Assembly (NCBI GenBank): GCA_044359815.1
Contig: JBIKLL010000008.1
Span: 1-64,000, forward strand
Source of the DNA: Pseudobdellovibrionaceae bacterium
GTDB taxonomy: Bacteria > Bdellovibrionota > Bdellovibrionia > Bdellovibrionales > Bdellovibrionaceae
DNA: 64,000 bases
Reading direction: 5' to 3'
In this document: piece after piece, positions 30,209-40,136 of the stretch
Numbering within the stretch: the first letter of the stretch is position 1
Layout of the letters: every line of letters begins with the position of its first letter
Translations under genes and position numbers: made by a program
The notes under the pieces: model-generated
Seen by the model: only the letters and a program-made list of their open reading frames with translations
What the model was told of the DNA's origin: nothing
Database searches by the model: none

Positions 30209-31876
30209 ATGACAAATATTCTAATGAATAAATTTGCCAAACTATTGCCTTTAATACTGATGAGCTTGATTTCTGCGACAGCAGCGGCCCAGAGCCAGAG
30301 CGACTGCAAAATATTTAAAACTCATTGGTCAGCCCAGGACGAAGCAGAATACGAAAACTTTGTTACGGGTATTGGCCGAGCTGTTGAATCACGAATATGC
30401 AATACAGTAGACAAATGCATGAAAAGCGAAGCTAACCCCTTCAGAAAATCAGATCCTGCGGGAATCAGATTTGACAATGATTGCGGTAAACTGTCCCCAT
30501 TATTAAGATCCTATTTCGCATGTAAAAAAGGTTTACCGATTTCATTGACCATGGCTGTTTCCCCGCGTCCCGTGGCTGGAAATGCTGCACGACCTATTAG
30601 ATACAATCCCTATGGCAACAAAATAGTTAGCAGAAAAGACTATGTGACTTCTGCCTCTGGCAAAGCCCCCAGCTTAACCTCTGTAGTTTATGGTGGAGTG
30701 GCTTCCTATTTCACAGCATTTTACAGATTCCTGGAATCTGAAGCAGATCAGTCTCCTAATTTTGCTGATTTTTATTCTCCCAGAATCGATCGCGATTCAA
30801 TCAGACCAGGCACAACTGTTTATGATCCAAATGGACACGTAGTGACTGTTTACAAAGTCGAAAACGACGGCAAAATTTTCTTTATTGATTCTCATCCGGA
30901 TTCATCGTTAACCCGAGGTAGCTACGGACCACAGATTTTACGAAGCCATCCTGGCCAAGGTGCTGGTTTTAAAAACTGGAGACCTATTAAATTGGTTGAT
31001 GCCGTAAAAGGCCCACAGGGCAACTATTTGGGCGGCAGGATTGTCACTGTCCCCAATTCTGAAATTCCGAACTATTCAAACGAACAGTATTATGGAAACA
31101 CCAATTTAAACTTGAGCGAAAATGAATGGAAAAAGGGCAAGTTTGAATTTGATGGTAAGACAGTGGATTTTTATGAATACGTCAGAAACAAAATGTCTGT
31201 TGGTGATCTGAGACTGGATCCCATCAAGGAAATTGTCGACGGTACCAATGAAATCTGCGAAGCTCTGAAAGACCGTGTGGATGCAGTTAATACCGCTTTA
31301 GCATCTGGGATTCAAAATCAAGAGCATCCCTTCAGACTGCCTGACAATATCTATGGAACTGACGGTGACTGGGAAACTTATTCGACGCCTTCTCGGGACG
31401 CCCGCTTAAAGGTTCAGTACATTGAACTGCTAAATCACGCAAAACACTTGGTACAATTGCACCAAACCAATGACCCCCAGTTGGTTTATCAAGGCAATGA
31501 TCTGACAGGTGAAATGTTAAATGCTTATCAGCAAGCCAGCCAGTCTTGTGTTATCAACTACACCAATTCAGCAGGGGCCCAGGTTCCATTGAATATCGAA
31601 CAAGTCAGACAGAGACTTTTTGATCTGTCGTTTGATCCTTATCACTGTGTGGAGCTCAGATGGGGAGCCAAAGGCTCGGAAGCCAGTACTTGTGGTGATA
31701 ACTCGATCAAAAAGCTGTGGTACGTCAGGGAACAAACACTTAGAAACCAACACGAAAGAAAATACGACATCACCATGGGTTTTACCTTGGACGAACTGGC
31801 CGTTTTTGGACCAGGTAAAGGAAGTTTGACACCTGCTGAGACAGATTTGGTCGGCTATTTGTCAAATAATCCCTAA
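30209..31876 (+). CDS. Secreted protein with possible NlpC/P60 (papain-like) Cys-His core
   Basis: Signal peptide; DNDCGKL and RPGTTVYDPNGHVVTVY...GKIFFIDSH; GGGGGA SD before ATG 30209. Confidence 0.6.
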   Translation: MTNILMNKFAKLLPLILMSLISATAAAQSQSDCKIFKTHWSAQDEAEYENFVTGIGRAVESRICNTVDKCMKSEANPFRKSDPAGIRFDNDCGKLSPLLRSYFACKKGLPISLTMAVSPRPVAGNAARPIRYNPYGNKIVSRKDYVTSASGKAPSLTSVVYGGVASYFTAFYRFLESEADQSPNFADFYSPRIDRDSIRPGTTVYDPNGHVVTVYKVENDGKIFFIDSHPDSSLTRGSYGPQILRSHPGQGAGFKNWRPIKLVDAVKGPQGNYLGGRIVTVPNSEIPNYSNEQYYGNTNLNLSENEWKKGKFEFDGKTVDFYEYVRNKMSVGDLRLDPIKEIVDGTNEICEALKDRVDAVNTALASGIQNQEHPFRLPDNIYGTDGDWETYSTPSRDARLKVQYIELLNHAKHLVQLHQTNDPQLVYQGNDLTGEMLNAYQQASQSCVINYTNSAGAQVPLNIEQVRQRLFDLSFDPYHCVELRWGAKGSEASTCGDNSIKKLWYVREQTLRNQHERKYDITMGFTLDELAVFGPGKGSLTPAETDLVGYLSNNP

Positions 31877-31992
31877 GAAATGCTAGCCATTTCAAACATT
31901 TAATTGATACATCCTGTATTTAAAGGGCCTCGACATTTGGCCCTTTAATTGCTTTTTGGATTTACTGAAAGGCACCAAGGGTGTTTGATTAA

Positions 31993-32631
31993 ATGATGAC
32001 AAAATTAACCATCGCAATTTTAACTTTGTTAGGCCAACTGACTTTTGCCAACGCCGAAGACACAATCCACAGATTTCCGGCCAATTCAGAAAACATTCCA
32101 GCATGCCACCAACAAATATTGGTTCAGCAAAAGCTAAAGCCACTGCGCAAAATTGATTACAAAGAAATTCCCAAATCCTATTTGGTAGCGGTGAAAGCCA
32201 CTTACCAAGTTGATTCTGATTCTATCTTTGCACAAACCACACAAGACTTTACAAAACGCAAACAAGCTTTCGAATGTGCCCAGGTTAAATCCGATATCAA
32301 TAGCATCAATTCGATGTATGCTCCTGTATTGATTGCTGTTAATGGATCCGCAGAACCAAACGTTATTGGGTTTAAAAAAATCTGGCAGTTTAGTATTTTA
32401 TCAAAGCCTTCCGAAAATCTGATTGGTCTTTGGAATGCCTCAAGCCGATTAAGCCAAAACCAACGATTGGTTGGGAAATCTTTTTTTGGCAGATTTGCTG
32501 AAGTTTCTTTTTATGAATCTGACAGTGAACATTTTTATATGTTGATTCAAAAAACCGAAGCCAACGCCAAATCAACGTTGCTGATCGAGTTTGAATCACA
32601 CAAAAAGCTTCCTAAAAAATATTCGATCTAA
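31993..32631 (+). CDS. Hypothetical secreted protein
   Basis: Signal peptide ending FANA; 212 aa ORF. Confidence 0.7.
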   Translation: MMTKLTIAILTLLGQLTFANAEDTIHRFPANSENIPACHQQILVQQKLKPLRKIDYKEIPKSYLVAVKATYQVDSDSIFAQTTQDFTKRKQAFECAQVKSDINSINSMYAPVLIAVNGSAEPNVIGFKKIWQFSILSKPSENLIGLWNASSRLSQNQRLVGKSFFGRFAEVSFYESDSEHFYMLIQKTEANAKSTLLIEFESHKKLPKKYSI

Positions 32632-32639
32632 TACTGAAT

Positions 32640-33047
32640 AGCTGGGACGAATGCCGGCGGTTAATTTTTAAAAACATTTCTTTGAATTTACACCTTGTGA
32701 ATACATCCAGCGAGCGCGCATGGCATATCTCGTGTTGCGTAAATGCAAAGATAATTTTTTTCACTATTTTTAGACACTCGCTAACGGCCGCGGGCTCATC
32801 TCTCGTATTGAGTCATTTATTCTAACTAAGTAAATGATAATTTATTGATCATATACTTAGTTAGAATAAATGACTCAACACCAGATATACCCCGCGCGCT
32901 CGCTGCATGTGTCTAAAAACAGTAAAAACAAATTACCTTTGCATTTACGCAATACGAGAGATGAGCTTGCGGCCGTTAGCGGGTATTCACAAGGTGTGAA
33001 TTCAAAGAAATGTTTTTAAAAATTAACCGCTGGCATTCGTCCCAGCT
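32640..33047. repeat. 408-bp nested foldback element (REPIN/MITE-like) between convergent genes
   Basis: End-to-end inverted symmetry: three AT-rich near-perfect stems separated by two imperfect GC-rich A/B motif pairs. A second copy is at the window start. Confidence 0.93.
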
Positions 33048-33055
33048 GAAGATAT

Positions 33056-34177
33056 TCAATTAAACTGAACGCAGGCAAATCCGCCTAAAGGTGTTTGCGA
33101 ATTTGTGACTTGGCCCTGATATAATCGGGCCATCACCATCTGGATTCGGTCTTGGTAAGCATAAAATCGCAGATCGTATTTAAACTGGTGCTCCTGATTG
33201 CCCAGCTTAAATTCAGCAATGCCAGGTGCAACAAATTCCTGGGCAATAAATCGACCGTCACACAAAGTATCAAACATTTTTCGTGATACCGAGGCCCCTT
33301 TGTAGCTTTGCTTTGATCCAAAGGAACTGGAGGGTTTAAAAAAGAAAGACTTTCTGGCAGTCCAAATATCGTTCTGATTTTCTGCCGTGATGACTTCTGT
33401 CCTGGGCACAAATTTTTGGATGTCAGGTGATTCATAAAAATCCATAAATCGCCGCTTGTCAGCTAACAGCAAATATTCATATGGATTTGGCGAAAAACAA
33501 ACTTCCTTGCTATGGAACTGATTCAGAAGAGGCCTTGAGTCAGTATTTTCCAAATAAAAATCTGTCCATCGATTGTAACAAAAACTACTGCCTGGGATTG
33601 CCTGTCTGAAATCCTGAATCTTAACCTGAAAGCCGGCTCTTTCAAATAGATCCTGATAGCATAGAAACTCTGGATACAATTTTTGTGACTGAGGTTGATC
33701 GTCTATAATCACAATCTGCTGGGATTTTAATCCACAAAGATCCATTTCAGTTTTGATATTAGACACTATTTCAACATCGTCAAAATCAGGGATTGGCAAT
33801 TGTTGATTCTTGGTTCTGTACAGATTTAAGCCCAACAGCAAAAACGAAGCATTGGTGTTGATTTCGATCAGTTTCAGTCCTGAGTCTTTAGAGTAGTGAA
33901 AATCGTAGCACATTAATATTGATTTATTGCCTGGATCATTAATTTGTTGATCTGCATGCTTTGATTTTATTTTTGCCTGGTATTCTGCAGACTGCCTGAG
34001 CTTAAAAACATTTTTCACAAAGCTCTGCGCATCGGCTAATACTTGTTTTGGCAAAGATAGCACAAAATCAGAAATCAGATTGGGATTAAAATCCTTGACC
34101 CCATCCATGCTCAATCTGTTGGAATAAGACTGAGTTAGTTTTTTTAAATAAGATTCCGTCAGTTCCTGTGGTTGCAA
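33056..34177 (-). CDS. Stand-alone ATP-grasp ligase (glutathione/glutathionylspermidine synthetase-like)
   Basis: YDFH...LKLIEINTNAS, LADK, FFKPSSSFGSK, IAQEF, DLRFY, ARLYQGQVTN. Confidence 0.7.
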   Translation of the reverse strand: MQPQELTESYLKKLTQSYSNRLSMDGVKDFNPNLISDFVLSLPKQVLADAQSFVKNVFKLRQSAEYQAKIKSKHADQQINDPGNKSILMCYDFHYSKDSGLKLIEINTNASFLLLGLNLYRTKNQQLPIPDFDDVEIVSNIKTEMDLCGLKSQQIVIIDDQPQSQKLYPEFLCYQDLFERAGFQVKIQDFRQAIPGSSFCYNRWTDFYLENTDSRPLLNQFHSKEVCFSPNPYEYLLLADKRRFMDFYESPDIQKFVPRTEVITAENQNDIWTARKSFFFKPSSSFGSKQSYKGASVSRKMFDTLCDGRFIAQEFVAPGIAEFKLGNQEHQFKYDLRFYAYQDRIQMVMARLYQGQVTNSQTPLGGFACVQFN

Positions 34178-34222
34178 GCGTTAATTGTTGCCACACAAAT
34201 CCAGGTAAGCCAAGACTTTGCC

Positions 34223-34990
34223 ATGAAAATAATTTCGTGGAACGTTAATGGTATCAGAGCTTGCAGCAAAAAAGGTCTGCAGGATTTTATAAATGAACAT
34301 AAGCCAGATATTTTTTGTGTGCAGGAAACCAAAGCCCACATTGATCAGGTCGAACAGAATATCAAAGACTTGGGATATAAATTCAGTCACTGGTCCAGCG
34401 CAGTAAAAAAGGGTTACTCAGGCGTTGCTGTATTTACTCATCAACAGTTTCTGTCGGTCGACATCGGTTTTGGGATGAAAGAATATGATTCTGAAGGTCG
34501 CATCAATCTGTGCAGTCACAAACATTTTGACCTGTATAATATTTATTTTCCCAATGGAAATTCGCGGGAAGAACGACATGACTACAAACAAAGGTTTTTG
34601 AAGGATTTAAATATTCATCTGAAAAACCAAATTAAGGCCGGTAAATCCATTATTGTTGTTGGCGATTACAATATTGCTCATACCGAGGTCGATTTGTTTG
34701 ATCCGGTAAAATACGCCAACGACAGCGGATTTTTACCCGAGGAAAGAGAATGGTTTGATGATTTTTTGTCTCTGGGTTTTGTTGATACCTTCAGAAAACT
34801 AAATCCAAACGCAAAGGATCGATATTCGTGGTGGTCTTACCGTGAATTGGCCAGAATTTCTAATCGCGGATGGAGGATTGATTACATCTGCATCACCAAG
34901 GATCTGGCGGCTAAATTAAAATCTGCGGATATTTTGGATTCGGTTCAGGGCTCAGACCATGCACCTGTCGTGGCTGAACTGGATTTTTAA
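34223..34990 (+). CDS. xth: Exodeoxyribonuclease III
   Basis: SWNVNGIRA, QETK, YFPNG, GDYNIAH, GWRIDY, SDHAPV. Confidence 0.96.
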   Translation: MKIISWNVNGIRACSKKGLQDFINEHKPDIFCVQETKAHIDQVEQNIKDLGYKFSHWSSAVKKGYSGVAVFTHQQFLSVDIGFGMKEYDSEGRINLCSHKHFDLYNIYFPNGNSREERHDYKQRFLKDLNIHLKNQIKAGKSIIVVGDYNIAHTEVDLFDPVKYANDSGFLPEEREWFDDFLSLGFVDTFRKLNPNAKDRYSWWSYRELARISNRGWRIDYICITKDLAAKLKSADILDSVQGSDHAPVVAELDF

Positions 34991-34991
34991 T

Positions 34992-35414
34992 TTATTCTTT
35001 GGCAGCTTCAAATGGCAAGGATCTGACTAATCTGAGTCGATCATCAATTCTGGCCAATTTATCCGAGATGATTTCACCCAGATTATATAGCTCTTGGATT
35101 TCTGATTCTAATTCCGTTGTGTCAGAGCCAACTAATTTTAAGTTATCTTGTTTTTCCATAGCGTAATCTAAATCAGACTTAATTTCCTCAAGCTCTCTGT
35201 TTAGGTTTTGTCGCGATTGACTGAGTTCTTTGATCAAATGTTTGATTTGGACTGAATTAAGCTCTTGGATGCGCTCTTCGGGAAAATTCTCCTTTTCATC
35301 CAGATCTTCTTCGCCGACCAATGAATGCCAAAAAAGCTTCCATTCCTTGACCAATTGACCAAGGAATTCCTGTCTTTCACTGGGGTTCTTTTTGAATTGT
35401 TTATCGTCGCTCAT
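34992..35414 (-). CDS. Hypothetical acidic coiled-coil protein
   Basis: Glu/Leu heptad-rich; overlaps the end of ribD. Confidence 0.65.
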   Translation of the reverse strand: MSDDKQFKKNPSERQEFLGQLVKEWKLFWHSLVGEEDLDEKENFPEERIQELNSVQIKHLIKELSQSRQNLNRELEEIKSDLDYAMEKQDNLKLVGSDTTELESEIQELYNLGEIISDKLARIDDRLRLVRSLPFEAAKE

Positions 35415-36530
35415 TTAGCCTTGCGGTGATTAATAAATCACCCTCCAATGGCTTGATTTTAACATGATCCAGGGTCAATTTGTTATTAAGATTCCGTATA
35501 TCCAAATCCTCTGTCCATCCCCGACCCTGAATGGATCCAATCAAAGATGGGGCCTGAAAAATATACACCCTGTCAGAAAACTTACAGTTTAAACAATAAC
35601 TTATAAGCTTTGGGCCACCTTCAATAAACAGGCTATTTACCCCTAATCCATACAGTTCTTTGCGCCAATCGACGCTCCCGTTCAAGACCTTAAATCCAGG
35701 GACAGGATTATGATCAGGCTTTCTTGAAACCAAGATCAGATCATCAGGTGAATAGTGCTTAGATATATTCAATTTGCTGAAATTTTGAGCCGTCCAATGA
35801 TGATCATCAAAGACTACAAGCTTTTTGGGCCGATGCTCATATCCCCGAACGTTTAAATTGGGATTGTCTTGTTTGATTGTTCCTACTCCAACGCCAATGG
35901 CATCGTGGCTGGCTCTAAATTGATGGGAAAGGTTTCGCGAAACTTCGTTGGTTATCCATTTGCTCTCGCCAGACTTTAGCCCAGACATTCCATCAATCGA
36001 AGCCGCAATCTTAAGCGACACAAAAGTTTTTTGAGTATTCTGATTAATCAAAAAGTGCTCACAAACCTGTTTTAGTTCGTCTTTGAGTATCCCCGATTCA
36101 GAAACCACAATGCCTGCAGCTTTTAGTTTTGAATTCCTTGCCCTGAAACCTTGGGATTTGGATCGGCCAATCCATACACAACTGTGCCGACTTTTTTTTG
36201 TATCAATAAATCAGCACAAGGCGGAGTTTTGCCAAAATGTGAGCAAGGCTCTAAGGTCACAAAAACTTTTGAACCCTTGGCTTGCACTTCAGACAATTTT
36301 GCAAAGGCTTCGACTTCGGCATGAGCTCCACCAAATTTTTTATGATACCCAGCTGACAGAAATTTATTTTCAGAATCCAACACCACACAACCAACCAAGG
36401 GATTGGGACTTACCCAGCCTGATCCTTTAAAGCTTTCTTGAATGGCATAAGCCATGGCTTCGGTATCAGTCAGCTTCTGACCGACTTTATAATCAGGCAA
36501 TATTTTGCCCAACAAAATTTCAGAATTCAT
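35401..36530 (-). pseudogene. ribD: Bifunctional riboflavin deaminase/reductase split by a 1-nt frameshift (real lesion or sequencing error)
   Basis: Deaminase part (PNPLVG, HAEV, TLEPCSH.GKTPPC) at 36123-36530; reductase part (K.A.S.DG, SKWIT, GVGT...DNP.L, EGG) at 35401-36108. One extra A at 36127-36130 restores GIQKLKAAGIVV. Confidence 0.88.
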
Positions 36531-37636
36531 TATTTCATCCAGGACTTCCAGTAGTCTTTGACTTCAACTTTCAAAAACTCGGGATCGACATGCAGATTGG
36601 ACCAGGCATCCACCATAACCGCAAATTCATCTGTGTGTGTTTTTCCCGCAATGTTTTTCACAGCTTTTGGATGAGGACCATGAGGAAAACCAGCCGGATG
36701 AAAGCTCAACATCCCAGCATGCAAATTATCTCGACTAAAGAAATTTCCATCGTGATAAAAAAGCACTTCATCGTAATCAATGTTCTGATGATAAAATGGA
36801 ACCTTCAATGCATCGGCATCAGATTCCAATGGTCTGGGCAAAAAGGTACACACAACAAATCCTGGTGCTACAAAGGTTGTGTGAGCACTGGGTGGCAAGT
36901 GAACCCTGGCGCTAATCATGGGCATTAGGTCCTCAGCGTGCAAAGTTAACGGAAAAAAATCACCTTTCCAGCCAACCGTATCGTAAACACAGCTGCTGTA
37001 GGAAAATTTTGTCATTTGCTGTTCACGTTTTACCAAAATCTGTAGCGAATTAATTCCTGACTTGGATTTATATTCTGTTTGTTTTTCCAGATCAGGCTTT
37101 CCAAAACTGGTTGGATCATAAAATGCGTTTCTGCCAACCATTCCGCGATCAGGTTCGCGGTAAGCGCCTGTCAGTGACTCAATCACTAAAAACGAACAAT
37201 CGCTTTCGCAAACAAAAGTATGGGTCACACATTTTGGGATCAAAACGTAAGAGCCACTTTTGAATTCCAGCAAGCCATATTCAGTCAGAACCTTACCATT
37301 GCCAGAATGGCAAAAATAAATTGTATCAGCATCAGCGTTTCTGAAAGCCGAAGGGTTTTGTACAGAAATTTTGTTAACTTTTAAATAATACATTCCTACG
37401 TCACGATTGTACAAAAGCCTTTGCCATCTGTTTGGATGGTTCTCAGTTTTTACCAAATCAAACATCATGGGCTTCAGCGGACCTTCAATGTCGGTCCATC
37501 GGGTTGAGGGCTGTGGTTTAATCAAGTGTGATACGGGACCAAAAAATCCCTTTCGCCCCTGCTCTTCCTCGAAATGCCCTTCGGGAATACCTTTGTGTGC
37601 CTGTTTAGTAAATTTACCCTGAAAAAACTGATGCAT
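36530..37636 (-). CDS. hmgA: Homogentisate 1,2-dioxygenase
   Basis: EEQGRKGFFGP, FRNAD, HLPPSAHTTF, PFYHQNIDYDE, HGPHP. Confidence 0.92.
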   Translation of the reverse strand: MHQFFQGKFTKQAHKGIPEGHFEEEQGRKGFFGPVSHLIKPQPSTRWTDIEGPLKPMMFDLVKTENHPNRWQRLLYNRDVGMYYLKVNKISVQNPSAFRNADADTIYFCHSGNGKVLTEYGLLEFKSGSYVLIPKCVTHTFVCESDCSFLVIESLTGAYREPDRGMVGRNAFYDPTSFGKPDLEKQTEYKSKSGINSLQILVKREQQMTKFSYSSCVYDTVGWKGDFFPLTLHAEDLMPMISARVHLPPSAHTTFVAPGFVVCTFLPRPLESDADALKVPFYHQNIDYDEVLFYHDGNFFSRDNLHAGMLSFHPAGFPHGPHPKAVKNIAGKTHTDEFAVMVDAWSNLHVDPEFLKVEVKDYWKSWMK

Positions 37637-38679
37637 TACAGATACCCTCTTTCCTTTTGATCGCGCTCGATAGAATCAAACAAAGCCTGAAAATTGCCTT
37701 CGCCAAAACCAAAATGGTTTTTCCTTTGGATGACTTCGAAAAAGATTGGCCCAATTATGTTTTTTGAAAATATCTGCAGTAAATACCCCTTATCGTCTCC
37801 ATCCACCAAAATTGCATTTTTTTGCAGTTCAGGTATATGTTCAGTGACGTTGGGGACTCTTTCGCTGAGCATTTTGTAGTAAGCGTCTGGTGGAGGTGTC
37901 AAAAATTCTAACTGACTATTTTTTAAATTATGAAGCGATTGTACAATGTTTGAAGTCAACAGCGCTAAATGCTGAATTCCTGAACCCTTGTATTCGTCCA
38001 AATATTCCTGAATTTGCGATTTACCATCGGCAGGCTCATTGATTGGAACAGCAAATTTATTGCAGGGCGACCGCATAACCTTTGAAAGCAATCCGGTCTC
38101 AGCACCTTGAATGTTGAAATATCTAGTTTCGCGAAAATTAAAAATATTGATATAAAAATCACACCATTTTTGCATTTCGCCTTTGGGAACATTGTTCGTA
38201 AAATGATCGACAATTTCAAAACCCACACCCTTCACCGGTGTCTTGGCGGGATTAAAACCAAAAGTTTGTTCCAACATATGACGTTCAGAATTTGAATCCA
38301 TAAAGTAAATCAGCGAATCACCAATCCCATAGATCGCAGGCTCATTGATAACACCCTTAGAAGCTGCGCTTCCCTGGTATTCTTTGCCCCCCCTTTGGGT
38401 GGATACTTTCATGGCTTGTTGGGCATTCAAGGTTCGGAATCCCGTCGAGCTAACTGACGGCCCATGTTTTTTTGCAAAATCATAAGCAAAGGTTCCGGGC
38501 TCTGAATTAACGATAAAATTAATGTCGTTTTGTTTAAATAATTTAATATTTTTCGTAGGATGTTTTGAGATTTCCAGAAATCCCCATTTTAAAAACAGAT
38601 TTTCAAAAAACATCGAATCAGTTCCTGCAAATTCAACAAAACTGACTCCGTCTAAGCCGACTGGATTATTTGTGTCCAT
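37636..38679 (-). CDS. hppD: 4-hydroxyphenylpyruvate dioxygenase
   Basis: VDHFTNNV, SQIQEYL, GIQHLAL, LLQIF, FFEVIQRK..GFGEGNF; GGAGG SD before ATG 38679. Confidence 0.96.
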   Translation of the reverse strand: MDTNNPVGLDGVSFVEFAGTDSMFFENLFLKWGFLEISKHPTKNIKLFKQNDINFIVNSEPGTFAYDFAKKHGPSVSSTGFRTLNAQQAMKVSTQRGGKEYQGSAASKGVINEPAIYGIGDSLIYFMDSNSERHMLEQTFGFNPAKTPVKGVGFEIVDHFTNNVPKGEMQKWCDFYINIFNFRETRYFNIQGAETGLLSKVMRSPCNKFAVPINEPADGKSQIQEYLDEYKGSGIQHLALLTSNIVQSLHNLKNSQLEFLTPPPDAYYKMLSERVPNVTEHIPELQKNAILVDGDDKGYLLQIFSKNIIGPIFFEVIQRKNHFGFGEGNFQALFDSIERDQKERGYL

Positions 38680-38729
38680 AGAACCTCCCAAGTTCGCCAA
38701 TGTTGTAGAAATTTACAGAAGCGGTGGCC

Positions 38730-40064
38730 TCAGTCAATAGCTTGTATGTCCCTGTAAAATTGGGTAACCAAAGAATCAGTCCTAAAGCTTTTTGGCTGCC
38801 AACCCAGAATCGATAAATCTTGTTCTGTTCGAAACCTGCTTAGCCCCACATAGGCGTGTCCTGGCTCCCATAAATTGGACAAATCGACCCAAGCTTGATC
38901 CAAGGTTGCTCCTTGGGATCTGTGAATCGTGATAGCGTAAGCCAGAATAAGCGGAAAATTAATAATCGAGGCTATAGTGTTACCATCAGCGTCCTGCAGG
39001 GAAAACTGTGATTTTTCGACTGTGACTTCGCGGCCAAAATCCTTTTTTACAGTGATTTTGTCTTCAGAAATATTTTTAATCGTTCCCCTAGTTCCATTGA
39101 TCCATCTGTAGCCTGGGTCGTTTTTTACAAACAAGACTTTGCAGCCAACTTTGAGCTTGAGTTCGCTGGGAACTGGCGAGGCCTTCATCATAGCTTCGTA
39201 GTGCTGCTGTTCCCCTAAATAAATGGATGGAATTGAAACGGTTTCTTCTGAAATTCTGGAAAGCTCTTTTGTGTTTTTATCATCGACTTTTTGTCTGAGG
39301 GAAAACAAACAGAGCTTGGTTTCTTCCTCATCATACTGACATGTTTTAGATTGCAAAAAATCTTTGACCTGATCATCCAGATTACCAATTCTGATTGAAT
39401 TCAAAATTTTTAAAAACTGATAGTCCCCAACCCTTTGATTTTGCTTAAGCACCACGTTTTTAAACTGCGATTGGCTCCAAGTTTCAGTTTTAAAACACCA
39501 GTCCTTAAAAGGCAGTCTGCTGATTGGTGGCAATTGTGCAAAATCGCCTACCGCAATGATTCGCAACCCACCCCAGGGCATAGTGGATTTTCGAAGCTCT
39601 TTGGCAATAGTTTCTGCCACTGTAAAAGCCTCGCCACTGATCATAGAAATTTCGTCCAGAATAATGCCTTTAATTGAATTCAGACGTTTTTTCAGTTTGC
39701 CGTTTCTGATTGCGCGATCAAAAGTTTTTGCCGGTCCGCCTTCCATAATCCCTAAACCAAAAAAACTATGGAAAGTCCGTCCTCCAATTAATACAGCAGC
39801 TGCCCCTGTGCTGGCTAAAATTGGAAATTCTTCGCTATCCAAAAAGCTGCGGCAATGATTGATTAAAAAGCTTTTTCCGCAGCCGGCTCCGCCTGTTACA
39901 AAAACATTGTCTGCCGATTGCAGCACTGGCAGCGCAAGCTTTTGTTCTGCGGATAATTCTGAGGTGTTAGAATCTGTATGAGACACAATTTTGTTTTGCC
40001 TTATTGATCTGAAATTACAAGCCGCACCACTGATCAGATACAGCAATCTGCCATAATGTCGCAC
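38730..40064 (-). CDS. Pif1-family SF1B DNA helicase
   Basis: TGGAGCGKS, GRTFHSFFG, DEISM, GDFAQLPP, NGTRG, AYAITIHRSQG, YVGLSR. True start possibly GTG 39986. Confidence 0.9.
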   Translation of the reverse strand: MRHYGRLLYLISGAACNFRSIRQNKIVSHTDSNTSELSAEQKLALPVLQSADNVFVTGGAGCGKSFLINHCRSFLDSEEFPILASTGAAAVLIGGRTFHSFFGLGIMEGGPAKTFDRAIRNGKLKKRLNSIKGIILDEISMISGEAFTVAETIAKELRKSTMPWGGLRIIAVGDFAQLPPISRLPFKDWCFKTETWSQSQFKNVVLKQNQRVGDYQFLKILNSIRIGNLDDQVKDFLQSKTCQYDEEETKLCLFSLRQKVDDKNTKELSRISEETVSIPSIYLGEQQHYEAMMKASPVPSELKLKVGCKVLFVKNDPGYRWINGTRGTIKNISEDKITVKKDFGREVTVEKSQFSLQDADGNTIASIINFPLILAYAITIHRSQGATLDQAWVDLSNLWEPGHAYVGLSRFRTEQDLSILGWQPKSFRTDSLVTQFYRDIQAID

Positions 40065-40136
40065 GTAGTCAGCTAGAGGGGGTTTCTTTGAATATCAAAA
40101 TAGATTAAGACTCTTAACCAGAACACTGGAGAATCA

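Noticed and set aside
32640..33047. CRISPR array or integron attC (GCTAAC...GTTAGC ends in the B motifs)
   Set aside because: The repeats are inverted and nested rather than direct with unique spacers. No cas or integrase gene was seen, and the flanking genes converge instead of forming a cassette array.
38730..40064. Helitron-like or other mobile element (Pif1 plus hairpins)
   Set aside because: There is no HUH/Rep domain or element ends, and the gene sits among housekeeping genes ~6 kb from the nearest foldback.
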